Shown: in pieces, positions 34,366 to 46,420 of the stretch
Numbering within the stretch: the stretch's first letter is position 1
Layout of the letters: every line of letters starts with the position of its first letter
Made by a program: the position numbers and the translations under genes
NCBI GenBank assembly: GCA_002269645.1
Contig: NIVC01001215.1
Span: forward strand, 1 to 64,000
Origin: Macrostomum lignano
Taxonomy: Eukaryota
Direction: 5' to 3'
DNA length: 64,000 nucleotides
Notes under the pieces: generated by a model
Databases searched by the model: none
What the model was told of the DNA's origin: nothing
What the model saw: the letters and a program-made list of their open reading frames with translations, nothing else

Positions 34366-36916
34366 ATGAAGGCAAACAAGAATTAAGAAAATTTATTTTT
34401 CATATTTTACTTTCTTTAAAAGAACACATCAATTGAAAATCCAAACTGCTTATTATAAAATCAACGAATTCTAGTTTTTTAAAAATATTTTCCTCATAAA
34501 ATCCAACCTTCATCAAGAACACAATCCCCGGCCCACCGCCATTGCTGTCTCAGTCCATTGCGTCAGCCTCAGTCCGTGAGCCCCACAATACACAGCAAGA
34601 ATTCTTCAGTCCAGGGCCCCAAAAGCCCAGCCCCCTATGCGTCACCGTCCCTCTTCGGTGACACAAGACAATGGGCTCCGAGGGTCCCCTTCTACTTTGT
34701 TCTGTTCTGTATGTGGTGAGGGGGCCTTGGGGTCTAAAGTTCTCCCACACTGTGTGGGCCAGAGCCAATAGTTCGGCAAGAACGGGGGTGTACACTGAGT
34801 CACACCCTCTGGATGACTGGTCCAAGCGAGCCGGCCTCCCCCTGTCATAGCTTGCAATATTCGATTACGTAATCAGCCGTGTGGTGGAGCGGGGCGGCCT
34901 TGATGGGCCTCTCTCTCTCTGTTTCTCTCCACTCTCTCGTGACTGCCGAGGGTTTGGAGAGAGAGGCACAGCAGGGGGAGGGGTGCCTCTGACTGGCCGG
35001 GGGCGTTGCGTAACCCTCCCCAGCCCGGCACCCCTCCCGGGCCGCGGAGCAGGGCGCACAGTCATCGCATGGGGGGGGGGTGGGGGGTTTCGATTGTCAG
35101 AGCCGCCACCCCCTCCCCCGCCGCCGGGCCATAAAACAGCCGGCCCGGCCGCGGCTGCCATTTTCTTTCGCTGCGCCCCCCTCTCTCGCTTTGTCTCTCC
35201 GTCTCCAGCCGGCTCCCGAGTGCCGGACTCCCCAGGTAAGTCTGCCATGTCCGCGGACTGTCCCTCGCCATCTCAGGCGCTTCAAATGTCCACGTGAGAA
35301 TTGTTTGAGTTGCTTGAAGATCCACGTGGCCAGTTGAAGCTCTTCGCTGTGGCGAGATTTTGCATCTGATCCCCCTGTGTCATAACTCCCTGGTCTGCTC
35401 ATAAGTCATAACCCTGCTTGTCTGCTTGTGTATTCGATGCCGCAGTGTACTCGTGCTTGTTTGCTCTGCTCATCAATACATTGTTCAACCGGAGAATTGC
35501 TAGAGTCACTATTTGTCCGTGCAATGCATTGCGATACTCGTTAAATAATAAATTAGAGCTGCGAGTAGTACGAACACGTAAAGAATGCCTTGCTTTCTTG
35601 TTATTTTAAACTTGCAACAGATGTCAACTTTGTCAGAATTGACGAAATTGTTTCGGAACTTGGCATGTAGTTTAAATTGAACTTAACCTACGATAGATTT
35701 CCTCTTTACTGATATGCAAAGTAGCCATACCATATTTTCAGTTTATTAACTTAACTATTCCAAGTATTTGGACTATTTTTCACACACTAGCAGGGTACAT
35801 AAACTACATACTGAATGCATGCATCATTTACTTCTCGTCTGCTCTTGGCTTTCTTCTTTACACAGTGTTGCAGCTGTGACTGACTGACTACTGACCGCAT
35901 AAAATTTTCCTTCCAGTTTTTTCGATCTAAGGAAGGAAATTAGGCACAAAATATCGCTTCAGTCTACTTGTAGTAGCATCAGTTGTAAAATATGTGGTTA
36001 AATCCTAAATATACGGTGATATTTTAGGAAATCTGTCGTTTTTATTTAATAGCGTCACTTTATCGAGCAGATGTCACAGTGCGTTCGTTTTATCACCACA
36101 ATCGCACTGGTCAGGGACTGCAGGCTAATTGAATAGCCATGAAATACATCCTGACCATTAAGCCTTTGGTTTTAATCGCTGCCCAATATAAGCATGATCA
36201 AATAGGCTTTGGACATGAGCTTTTGGTATATTGAAGTAAATAGGCTACAGTCAATTCCAGGTTGGTCAAATGATGCTTTTCTCAGTCAAAGCCACTCATT
36301 AGTCTCTGATTTTAAATTTGAAAATATCATTCAAAGTTGAATGTACTGTAGATAAAATGGAGAAAAACGGCATGGATGGATGGATCTGATGAAAGCACGT
36401 GACGAATTCGACTGAACTCGGCAAGTTCAGCTGAGCTGCGCCAAGTTCCGCCAAGTCGCTCATCCAACAGAGATTGACATCTTTCATAAAGTGAAAAGCA
36501 TCCACAGCTGAAGTCCTGTCTTACAGTCACTTATAGATTGCTAGCTCTTGGACACATGCAGCTCATACAGCCCATGAGACCTTTGTGCACCTGACCCAGG
36601 CATTGAGCCAGGCATTTCTATTCCAATTGCCAATTTAGGGAATGCAAGTCAGTCAGGCCGATATAAGAAAAATAAAAACAGAAAAATGCCTGACAGGAAG
36701 CCTGCCGTGCGCAGAACCGCACGGGTGGCCTCGGCTGCGTCTGCTGAGCTGCCTCGCATTCTGAGTCTCAGCTGGGCTCGGTTCCTTTCCGAACTCGACA
36801 GCCCCGCATTTGCGCAGCTGGCTGCTTAAATGAGCGCAAAAGCTGCCCGACTGAGTAGGGACTGCGAGCCTCTTCTGGATTTCTTAGAGAGCTCAGCTCA
36901 ACAAAGATCCGTTGCC

Positions 36917-37617
36917 ATGGTTACGGTGTCGTTTCATTTGGCTTGCGTCGTCACGCTTAGTCTGAGTCTCGTCTGCGGCATCGGCGCCTGCAGCACCAAG
37001 GGCTGGCGTGGGGGCGGCCTCTTTGATCTGGGCAGCGCAGGTGAGAGAGGCATGGTTAATTGGGGCTTGCGTTGGCTGGGAGCTGGCTGTTAAGCTGTGC
37101 TCTCGGCCTCTTTGATCAGGGCAGCGCAGGTGAGAGAGGCAGGTTAATTGGGGCTTGTGCTGGCTGGGAGCTGGCTAAAATCAGTTTCAAAATTTTGCAA
37201 GTTAAACCGGCAATCACTAAAATCTCCACTCAGCATCCGAAACGGTAGTCAAGGCGGCCTCAGTGCTTGGTGCCACCTTCACGGGACTCGCCCTGCTGCT
37301 GGAGGTGCTGCTGATGGCCTCCAACACCTTCAGGCAGAGTCGGCCGGTCAAAATTCTCTGCTTCGCCGGCTGCACTGCGGCAGGTGAGAATTTTGGCTTT
37401 CACATTCGCTTCTTGCCTACTTGAAGTAGAAATGTATGAAAATCATTGCTGAATTACCGAAAACCGGCTGATTGCAGCAGCCTCCTTGCTGATCGCCATC
37501 ATCCTCTTCGGCGTCAATCATTCGGCGGGCGGCTTCAGCGTCTGGCTGCTGGCTGGCAGCGCCGCCTTCGCCATCGAGGCGCTCGGCTTCTACGTGGTGC
37601 AGTGGCGCTGCGCCTGA
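36917..37617 (+). CDS. Small four-TM claudin/PMP22-like protein (137 aa); exons 36917-37040, 37234-37383, 37478-37617
   Basis: Manual splice gives 414 nt in frame; four hydrophobic helices; W..GGLF after TM1 and GFSVWL before TM4. Confidence 0.7.
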
Positions 37618-38268
37618 GACTGCGGAACCCGCTGCAATCTGCTGCCTGAAAATACTGCAATCACTTGTGTCTTTGGACATTAGAGAGATTTGCCAACTCC
37701 TACAGCCATCCCAGATCAACAACCCACACCACCAACCCACAACAACAACCCAGATCAACAACCCACACCATCAACCCACACCGCAAATTCACACCAACAA
37801 CCTACACTTAAAACTTACACAGCCAACCCAACACTAACTCACTAAACCAGCTCAAGCTCACAACCTTTCTATTTTTCCAGCTTTCTTTGCATGCTTTGTC
37901 TCCACAGCAGCCGGGAACTTTACACTGCCGCCAGCAAACATACGCTAGTATTAATGTAGCTACCGTGCTTCTGCAGACCTTGAGGCAAATTTGGCTCTTT
38001 GCCAAATTCTCCTGTAGCTGCATTACAATTCAGAACTGAAAATAAACTGAAAAACAAAAAATCGCGGTTAATTTTAATTACTAATTTTACCTACCAGAGT
38101 TTTAATAGTTTTGCAGTGACTACTGTGACTACTGTACTGCCAGTGGCTTCAGGTTAAAAATGTTACTTAAAAAAACAATAATCTTCTGGATAAATTCATG
38201 CGAAAATAAAAGAAAGAAAAGAAATCCAGGTTTCAAAAATCCAAAATGTCTCTCAGCGATCTTTGGCT

Positions 38269-41200
38269 TCACATGATTGACTCAGAATCATTTGCGCCAG
38301 CCATAGCCTTCTTGTTAGCCTCAGCCTCAGCCTTAGCCTCAGACTTAGCCTTAGCCTCAGCCTTAGCCTTGGCGCTGTCCACAGCCCTGGCAACCGCGGC
38401 ATCGTCCAGCAGCAGGCGGGTCTCCTCGGCGAACTCCGCGGCCCGGTGCGCCAGCTCGTAGACGCTCCTCGGAGCTCCATCGGCGGTGCGCAGCCGCTGC
38501 ACCTTCTCCTCCAGCGCGTCGATCTCCAGCTGCATGGCGTGCTTCTCCTCGTTGACCGACCAGACCCACAGGATGATCCAGGCGCCCTCGCTGCTCAGAA
38601 TCCTGTGCTCACGCTCAACCAGGCACCTGGCCTCCTCATTCTTGTTGTCCATCGCCGCTGGGAAGAAGCTCAACTTTTTGTTTCTGTCGAAATGCTTCCT
38701 GAGGTCTTCGCTTAGCGACTCCACAGTGCATTTGCTCGACCCGGCTTGATACAAAGCGACCTGCTTCTCCATTTCGGCTTCTGAGTGGTCTTTGTAGGCG
38801 CTGCTCTTCTTGTACGCGAATGGAAAGTACATCACAGGGCGAAAGTGCACACTTGACTGAACTTCCAAATTGAAATTCTTCCAGGCGTGGTCCACGGCCT
38901 TGTGCGAGTTCTCCAGCGTGACCTTGAGCACCTTTGTCTCTTTCTCGCGCTCTGCTTTGATGTGATGCCGCGTCACTTTAAGCAGATCTTTTCGCGGGTA
39001 CTTGTCCAGCCCCAGAGCCTTCTTGACCTCCTTGCAGAGCGTCTTGAACTTGCGCTCGGCATCTTGTTGGGCCTTTCTGTACTCATCGTGCATCTGGCTG
39101 CTGGATTCCCCGTCCGAGCCCTTGGCCGGTTTGTACTGCATTCGCTTCTTGATGAAGAACGAACTGCTGCTGGTTTTTAAGTTCAGCAGCCGAGCTGCCA
39201 GCTCGTACTGCGCCTGCTGGTGCAGTAGTGGCTCAGTCTGAGGAGCATCTGGCACAGCCTGGGGAACATCTGACACAGCCTGAGTAGCAATATCTGACAC
39301 AGCCTGAGGAGGAGCATCTGACACAGCTTGAGGAGGAGCATCTGACACAGCGTGCAGCACAGCTAGTAAGCTTTCGGCAACACTATCTCTTGTTGTTCGT
39401 TCCTTCACATCTTGAAGAAATTTCTTGACTAAGTCAGCAGCATTCTTGCACTCCAGCAAAAGACATTTTACCAGCCCATCTTGCTTCTCCTTGAAGCTCA
39501 GCCGCTGCCATCGGCTCTCCAGCATGAACAAAACTGAGTCCGCAATGAGCGCACTCCTGTGATTCAGTTTTTCGTCGAGTGTCTCAAACAGTTTTATTGC
39601 TTCGTCGAATTGCTCTGCTTCTAGAAGAAGAATTCCGAGCTGCTCAGTAGACAGCTGGTGATTCGGTTCTGCCTGAAGGCACTCTGTGTAAGCTCGTATC
39701 GCCGATTCAGTGAGCTGTCGGGCCCCTTCAAAGTTGCCCACTTTTCTTTCGCACTTCGCCCGGACAGACTGGCGCAGAGCGTGGAAACATTTCGCCTCGA
39801 AGTCTGTCTTGTGCCCAAGCAGAGTCTCCAAATTCCGCCATTTGAACGGACTGAGGCAGCCTCTGACGTTCGGCACCTCATCCTGAGCATACTCATTCAG
39901 AGCCCATGCGATGCACTCCACACCCTGAGCCACCCGACCCACCGTGGCCAGAAAGTAGCCCTTCTCCGCCAGTATTTGGGCTGAGTGGGACGGCCTCAAA
40001 TTTCTCAGCCGCAGCGAGTCGTAGCGCTGGCAGATCCAGGCGACGTGCTCCTCCTTGGTCCGAGCTGTGCCAGCGGTGGCTCCGATCCCAGCTGCAGTCA
40101 GCACGCCATAAAATGCGAAAACACTATGGCGGCCAGGATTCCTGCGGCTTGAATTGAGTCGGTGGCAACAATGGCTACAGCAACGGCCAGGACCGCCATA
40201 GCAGAAATGATTCCTGGGTGGAAGACGGCCAAGCTGACTCCAGACTCTGTGTCCGCGCTTGACACGGCTGGGTCCTGGATCAAGTCAATCAGATATTTCG
40301 CCGCCCAGATGTTCCTCTCAGGAGCTGCTTTCCTGAAGTTCTTGATAGCCAAGCCAAAGTTTTTGTTGCTAAGGTGCCAGCGCGCCACTTGGTCATAAAA
40401 ATCCGGGCTGTCGTGAGATTCGCCAGGCTGAAACTTTAAAACAGTTGCAACCACCTGCTCCACAGAGCGGATGATCTCGTTTTCTTCTGCAGTTCTCTCT
40501 GACTTCGCGTTCTTGCCGCCTCTCAAGTCCCATAAAATTCTGCAGACCTTGAGGCAAAGCCTGAATGTCTCTACCAGTCCCGGATCTGTCTTGGAGCGGC
40601 AGGAATTGCTGGCGCTCTCCACCAGCTCCAAGCACTTGCTGTGCATTTGGTCCTTGCTGATGATTGCTTCGGCGTACCGTGCCTGGAAAAGAGGTCGCAC
40701 CTGGTCGTAGGCCGGCTTGCTCGCGCTGGCTTCCGCTTTTTCCCATAGCTTCAGCTCCGGACCGTCAGCCGAGCTGATGAAGTCTCGGTTCCTGCGAATC
40801 CTGGATCTGACAATCGCGAGACCGAAGAGCCAGAGAAAGTTCTCCGGCTCTTTCGCATTTGCTTCTTTTAGAAAGTCTTCGACTTCGAAGAGCTTTGAGT
40901 AGCCCAGGCGCAGCTTGATCCAGCCGATGGATCCGTGGAACATAGCGGATGTGTCGGGTCGGCCCCACTCAGCCTCCAACTCAGCGACATCATCTTTCCA
41001 ACCTACTGGGAAGCCGTTGCAACTTTGCAGTAATTTTATTCTCAGCCGAGCTGTCTTGATCAGGTATGTAGCGTCTACGAAATTGAAATAATTTGGAGAA
41101 TTTTGCAGCTTCTCGGCTTCAGTCAGGATCTCCAGACTCTTCGGCAGGTCCACAACAGCCTGGTGAGTGTGCAGCAGCGCAAGAGCCACCAGGTGCACCG

Positions 41201-41306
41201 TCTCCAGCCACGGCTCGCTCTGCCTCTTCCACTTGAACTTCTCAATCAAGTCTGTGACGTCACTGAGCTGGCTGATGTCGGGGAGCCGCTGGAAGTGGCT
41301 GTCCAT
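38269..41306 (-). CDS. IFIT-like TPR protein with central two-TM segment and HEPN-like C-terminal domain (~1012 aa if one T is restored at 40118-40121)
   Basis: DSHF, LVALALLH..SLEILTEAE and GWIKLRLG..FLKEANAKEPEN..FGLAI parallel IFIT N-terminal TPRs; ORFs 40098-41306 and 38269-40104 join by a one-base change. Confidence 0.7.
39240..39355 (-). repeat. In-frame 24-bp repeat (AVSDAPPQ-like x4) within the IFIT-like gene
   Basis: gagcatctgacacagcctga variants. Confidence 0.85.
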
Positions 41307-41715
41307 GACGTTCGAAGCGGTCTCGGCTCCTCCAGTGCGTTGGTTGCGGAGTCGGCCGAAAGCATTGCAGATAGAGAGCTGCTCACAGCAGATATGTACT
41401 GCTGCCCTGTACTCAGGACTCTGCTCAAGACAGGAACAATAGAGACCTCTGCCGCCAGTCTCAGACTGCAGTGCAGTGCAATTGGGCAGCTGGGGGTTGG
41501 CATACGGTTTCTATTGCTAGCGGCAGTGCAGTACAGTACAGCACAGTACAGTACAGTACAGTACACCGCTGCGGAGTGAAAACACAGACGGGAACTTCAT
41601 TCCAGCCAGCGACTGCAGCTAGGGGTGTGAGATTGTAGCACACTTTTGCTCTCCAAATTTGATTTCACTGGTTTAGGTGCATAACTATTTTCTTCTATTA
41701 TCTTTGAAACTAAAT

Positions 41716-42430
41716 GCTCGGAGATTACAGTGCGTGAATGTCTTATCACAGCTTGTGAATGCTCGGAGATTACCGTGCGTGAATATTCTATCACAGCTTG
41801 TGAATGCTCGGAGATTACAGTGTGTGAATATCCTATCACAGCTTGTGAATGCTCGGAGATTACAGTGTGTGAATATTCTATCGCAGCTTGTGAATGCTCG
41901 GAGATTACCGTGCGTGAATATTCTATCACAGCTTGTGAATGCTCGGAGATTACAGTGTGTGAATATTCTATCACAGCTTGTGAATGCTCGGAGATTACCG
42001 TGCGTGAATATTCTATCACAGCTTGTGAATGCTCGGAGATTACAGTGTGTGAATATCCTATCACAGCTTGTGAATGCTCGGAGATTACCGTGCGTGAATA
42101 TTCTATCACAGCTTGTGAATGCTCGGAGATTACAGTGTGTGAATATTCTATCGCAGCTTGTGAATGCTCGGAGATTACCGTGCGTGAATATTCTATCACA
42201 GCTTGTGAATGCTCGGAGATTACAGTGTGTGAATATCCTATCACAGCTTGTGAATGCTCGGAGATTACCGTGCGTGAATATTCTATCGCAGCTTGTGAAT
42301 GCTCGGAAATTACAGTGTGTGAATATCCTATCACAGCTTGTGAATGCCCGGAGATTACAGTGCGTGAATGTCTTATCACAGCTTGTGAATGCTCGGAGAT
42401 TACAGTGTGTGAATATCTTATCACAGCTTG
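41716..42430. repeat. 45-bp minisatellite, about 16 copies
   Basis: atgctcggagattacagtgtgtgaatatcctatcacagcttgtga. Confidence 0.96.
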
Positions 42431-43794
42431 ATTTCAATAGGTACTCTGCAGTGAGCCATTATTGCGCATCAAAGCCTGCCATGTACATCAGGCAGGAAGA
42501 TAAATTTCAACACGATTGGCGCTGTCTCAAACACCGATCACAGAGCGTCAAGCCTGACGACCTGACGTAGCTCAGACGCCACTGCAAAAGGTGATGCAGC
42601 CGGGCCTGCTCGAGATGAGGCACTGCATCAAATGACCAGGATCTTAATGCTGGAGCTTAAATTGCTGCTGACCCAACCAAGGACAACTTAAGTCCTATAT
42701 ATATATATGTTACTTGACTAGTCCTTGGACGAACCAGGTAAATGCTAGCTCAAACAGCAGCCGCATCTACTTATAAAAGCTGTTGCAATGTCAGGCAATG
42801 TTACAGAGACAATGGCTATTGCAGGCAATTTGCGGGCCATTTGCAGGATTCAGTATTCGGCTATGAAGTTTTAGTTATCGGTTTAGGTTTAGTTTATAGG
42901 CTTTCCGCACTCATGACCAAGACAATTAGGCAACGCCGTCACCGTCACAACGTGTCAAAAGTGACATGCAGCTGAAACGCTTCATATACTACTGTTTAAC
43001 CAGTCAAGAACGCCGGGGACATTGTATACAGCGGTACAAATAGGCTTCAAAAACAACTAAAGAGACTTAAATAGCCACTCCGATGTTTCATGAACTCGAC
43101 TCAAATGTCAATTACACCACTCTAGGGAACTTGAGTTTTATCAAAACTTCCTAGAGCCATTTCTGAGTCACAAACTGACATTCACCGTGGCATCTTCTCG
43201 ATATGGCGTCTTGCCAAAGCTATCTGCAGCGACTAATAAAAATGCGAGTCCCCTGCTCCAGGGTTGACGGTGCAAATTCTCTAGACTAAAAGCAACATTC
43301 GTTTCTCGCTACTCGTTAGTAGCCGACCACCAATAACTGCCTCATTCAGTCGACCAACAGTCTGTTTGGCACTCAGTCATTCATTACAAGTAAACCGGCC
43401 CTAAGGTGGCTCATTTACTCATTCGCGAGTTCACTCTGGGATTTCGTCACTTCATGACCCGGAAAGTGCGGATGATCAGCCAATTTTGCATCATGTTGAA
43501 GGCCCGAAAGGTCCTTCAGGCTGATACGAGCGTATCGAACAAGACGTACAAACACTAAACGATTGGATTTACAGGTGATGAGATTCAATTTCAACTATAT
43601 ATTCTATGTAATGTGAGTGAACCTTAAGCTGAAGAAGTCCATTCACTGCTTATTGAGCCTTGTCTATGGCCTAACTCCCAGACAGTTCTAATGGTTCTCA
43701 GTCTCCATCATTCTTGCTGCTCTCACCATTCTCAAGCCCCCAGCCCACTGACTCATCAGTCACAAAATCGAATCGAAAACTAAGTCAGTCAGCC

Positions 43795-46420
43795 ATGGCC
43801 GAAATTGAGAAGCTGCTCATCTGCGCTGCTGTCTTCTGTAAGCTCGAACTCCAGTGCTTATTCTATGCGGATTTTACCTACTAGATTTACAGACTCAATT
43901 TGAATAATTCTTTCCTCTTTCAGTGCTCCAGGCAAACCTGGCAAGCACCGACTGCTACAACGGCACTCACTTTAACGTCAGGCCGGGTTTTCCGACAAAA
44001 ATGCCCAAGTGCACCCCGACCACGGCCGGAAATTGCTACGAGATTTTGCACAAATTCACTGAGTCTTTGGTGAGTGTTTGGTCGTATTTGCAGTGACCAA
44101 CCTGCCGCTGGCTCCCCTGCACTGCTGCTGACTCCCTGCACTGCTGCTGGCTCCCCTTCACTGCTTCTGGCTCCCTGCACTGCTGCTGGCTCCCCTTCAC
44201 TGCTTCTGGCTCCCTGCACTGCTGCTGGCTCCCTGCACTGCTGCTGGCTCCCTGCACTGCTGCTGGCTCCCTGCACTGCTGCTGGCTCCCTGCACTGCTG
44301 ATGACTCCCCTGCACTGCTGCTTGCTCCCTGCACTGCTGCTGGCTCCCTGCACTGCTGCTTGCTCCCTGCACTGCTGCTGGCTCCCTGCACTGCTGCTGG
44401 CTCCTCTCAAGCTCAGCTTCAACACCTGTTGATTTCAGAGACTGTTTATGGGCTGCGACAAATGCCCTGACGCAATAAAGAGCGTGAAGTACGACTTTGG
44501 AGCAAAAAAGTTAACCATTTCCGACTGCTCGGAGACCTCCGGCTCCGGCCTGTCCAACACCAAGTGGGGGAACAAGATTAAGAGCTATGTTCTCCAATCT
44601 GAGGTCTGCTCATTTGAGGACGCAACCGGCTCGAAAGGCACCATTCTCTGCAAGCCCAAGGAGAATTGCATGGCGGCCGTCATGTCGACCACCCCGAAGG
44701 TAAGAGGGCTCAGTGAGCAGTAGGATGAGACCTGCAATAGACCTTGCAAGCCACCCTACAAGCCACTCTACAAGCCACTCTACAAGCCACCCTAAAAGGT
44801 ACCCTACAAGCCACGCTACAAGGTACCTTATAAGCCACCCTACAAGCCACTCTACAAGCCACCCTACAAGCCACTCTACAAGCCACTCTACAAGCCACCC
44901 TACAAGGTACCCTACAAGCCAACCTACAAGGTACCCTACAAGCCACCCTACAAGCCACCCTACAAGCCACCCTACAAGCCACCCTACAAGCCACTCTACA
45001 AGCCACCCTACAAGCCACTCTACAAGCCACTCTACAAGCCACCCTAAAAGGTACCCTACAAGGTATCCTACAAGCCACCCTACAAGGTACCCTACAAGCC
45101 ACCCTACAAGCCACCCTACAAGGTACCCTACAAGCCACCCTACAAGCCACCCTACAAGCCACCCTACAAGGTACCCTACAAGCCACCCTACAAGCCACCC
45201 TACAAGCCACTCTACAAGCCACCCTACAAGCCACTCTACAAGCCACTCTACAAGCCACCCTAAAAGGTACCCTACAAGGTACCCTACAAGCCACCCTACA
45301 AGGTACCCTACAAGCCACCCTACAAGCCACCCTACAAGGTACCCTACAAGCCACCCTACAAGCCACCCTACAAGGTACCCTACAAGCCACCCTACAAGCC
45401 ACCCTACAAGGTACCCTACAAGCCACCCTACAAGCCAACCTACAAGGTACCCTACAAGCCACCCTACAAGCCAACCTACAAGGTACCCTACAAGCCACCC
45501 TACAAGCCACTCTACAAGCCACCCTACAAGCCACTCTACAAGCCACTCTACAAGCCACCCTAAAAGGTACCCTACAAGGTATCCTACAAGCCACCCTACA
45601 AGGTACCCTACAAGCCACTCTACAAGCCACCCTACAAGCCACTCTACAAGCCACTCTACAAGCCACCCTAAAAGGTACCCTACAAGGTATCCTACAAGCC
45701 ACCCTACAAGGTACCCTACAAGCCACCCTACAAGCCACCCTACAAGGTACCCTACAAGCCACCCTACAAGCCACCCTACAAGGTACCCTACAAGCCACCC
45801 TACAAGCCACCCTACAAGCCACTCTACAAGCCACCCTACAAGCCACCCTACAAGGTACCCTACAAGCCACCCTACAAGCCACCCTACAAGCCACCCTACA
45901 AGCCACCCTACAAGGTACCCTACAAGCCACCCTACAAGCCACCCTACAAGCCACCCTACAAGCCACTCTACAAGCCACTCTACAAGCCACCCTACAAGCC
46001 ACCCTACAAGGTACCCTACAAGCCACCCTACAAGCCACCCTACAAGCCACCCTACAAGCCACCCTACAAGCCACCCTACAAGCCACCCTACAAGCCACCC
46101 TAGAATCCACCCTACAAGCCACCCTACAAGCCACCCTACAAGGTACCCTACAAGCCACCCTACAAGCCACCCTACAATCCACCGTACCGCCCTGCCTGCC
46201 TGTTCGGCAGAAGCGGTTCCGCGGCTGCGCCAGCAACTGCAAGGAATTCAAGCTGTCGGACTGTCGGGAGTGCAAAGAGAAAAGCTGCGACCACCCAGCG
46301 TTCGACTCGGCTGGCAATTACATAAAAAAATCCGGCGCCATGCAGCGCGCCGCCAAGACTCAAATGGCGCTCGGCGTGCTGTTCGCCGCTGCGGTTCGCT
46401 GCGTCGTGGCGCGAATTTGA
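43795..46420 (+). CDS. Secreted, probably GPI-anchored Cys-rich Ly6/uPAR-like protein with two domains (219 aa); exons 43795-43837, 43924-44069, 44439-44699, 46211-46420
   Basis: Manual splice gives 660 nt in frame; signal peptide; ...RGCASNC..DCRECKEKSCD; hydrophobic C-terminal tail. Confidence 0.75.
44100..44400. repeat. 19-bp intronic minisatellite (gctgctggctccctgcact)
   Basis: Direct reading. Confidence 0.93.
44740..46180. repeat. 12-bp intronic minisatellite (ccctacaagcca / ccctacaaggta)
   Basis: Direct reading. Confidence 0.97.

Noticed and set aside
40085-40260. Intron explanation for the IFIT-like ORF break
   Set aside because: The acceptor-like ctgactgcag needs a phase-1 donor, but the GT sites in the segment are phase 0 or 2; the segment reads as hydrophobic coding sequence
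41597-42570. Long ORFs in several frames (ISEHSQAVI.., ITACECSE..)
   Set aside because: Translations of a 45-bp minisatellite; no domain content or splice context
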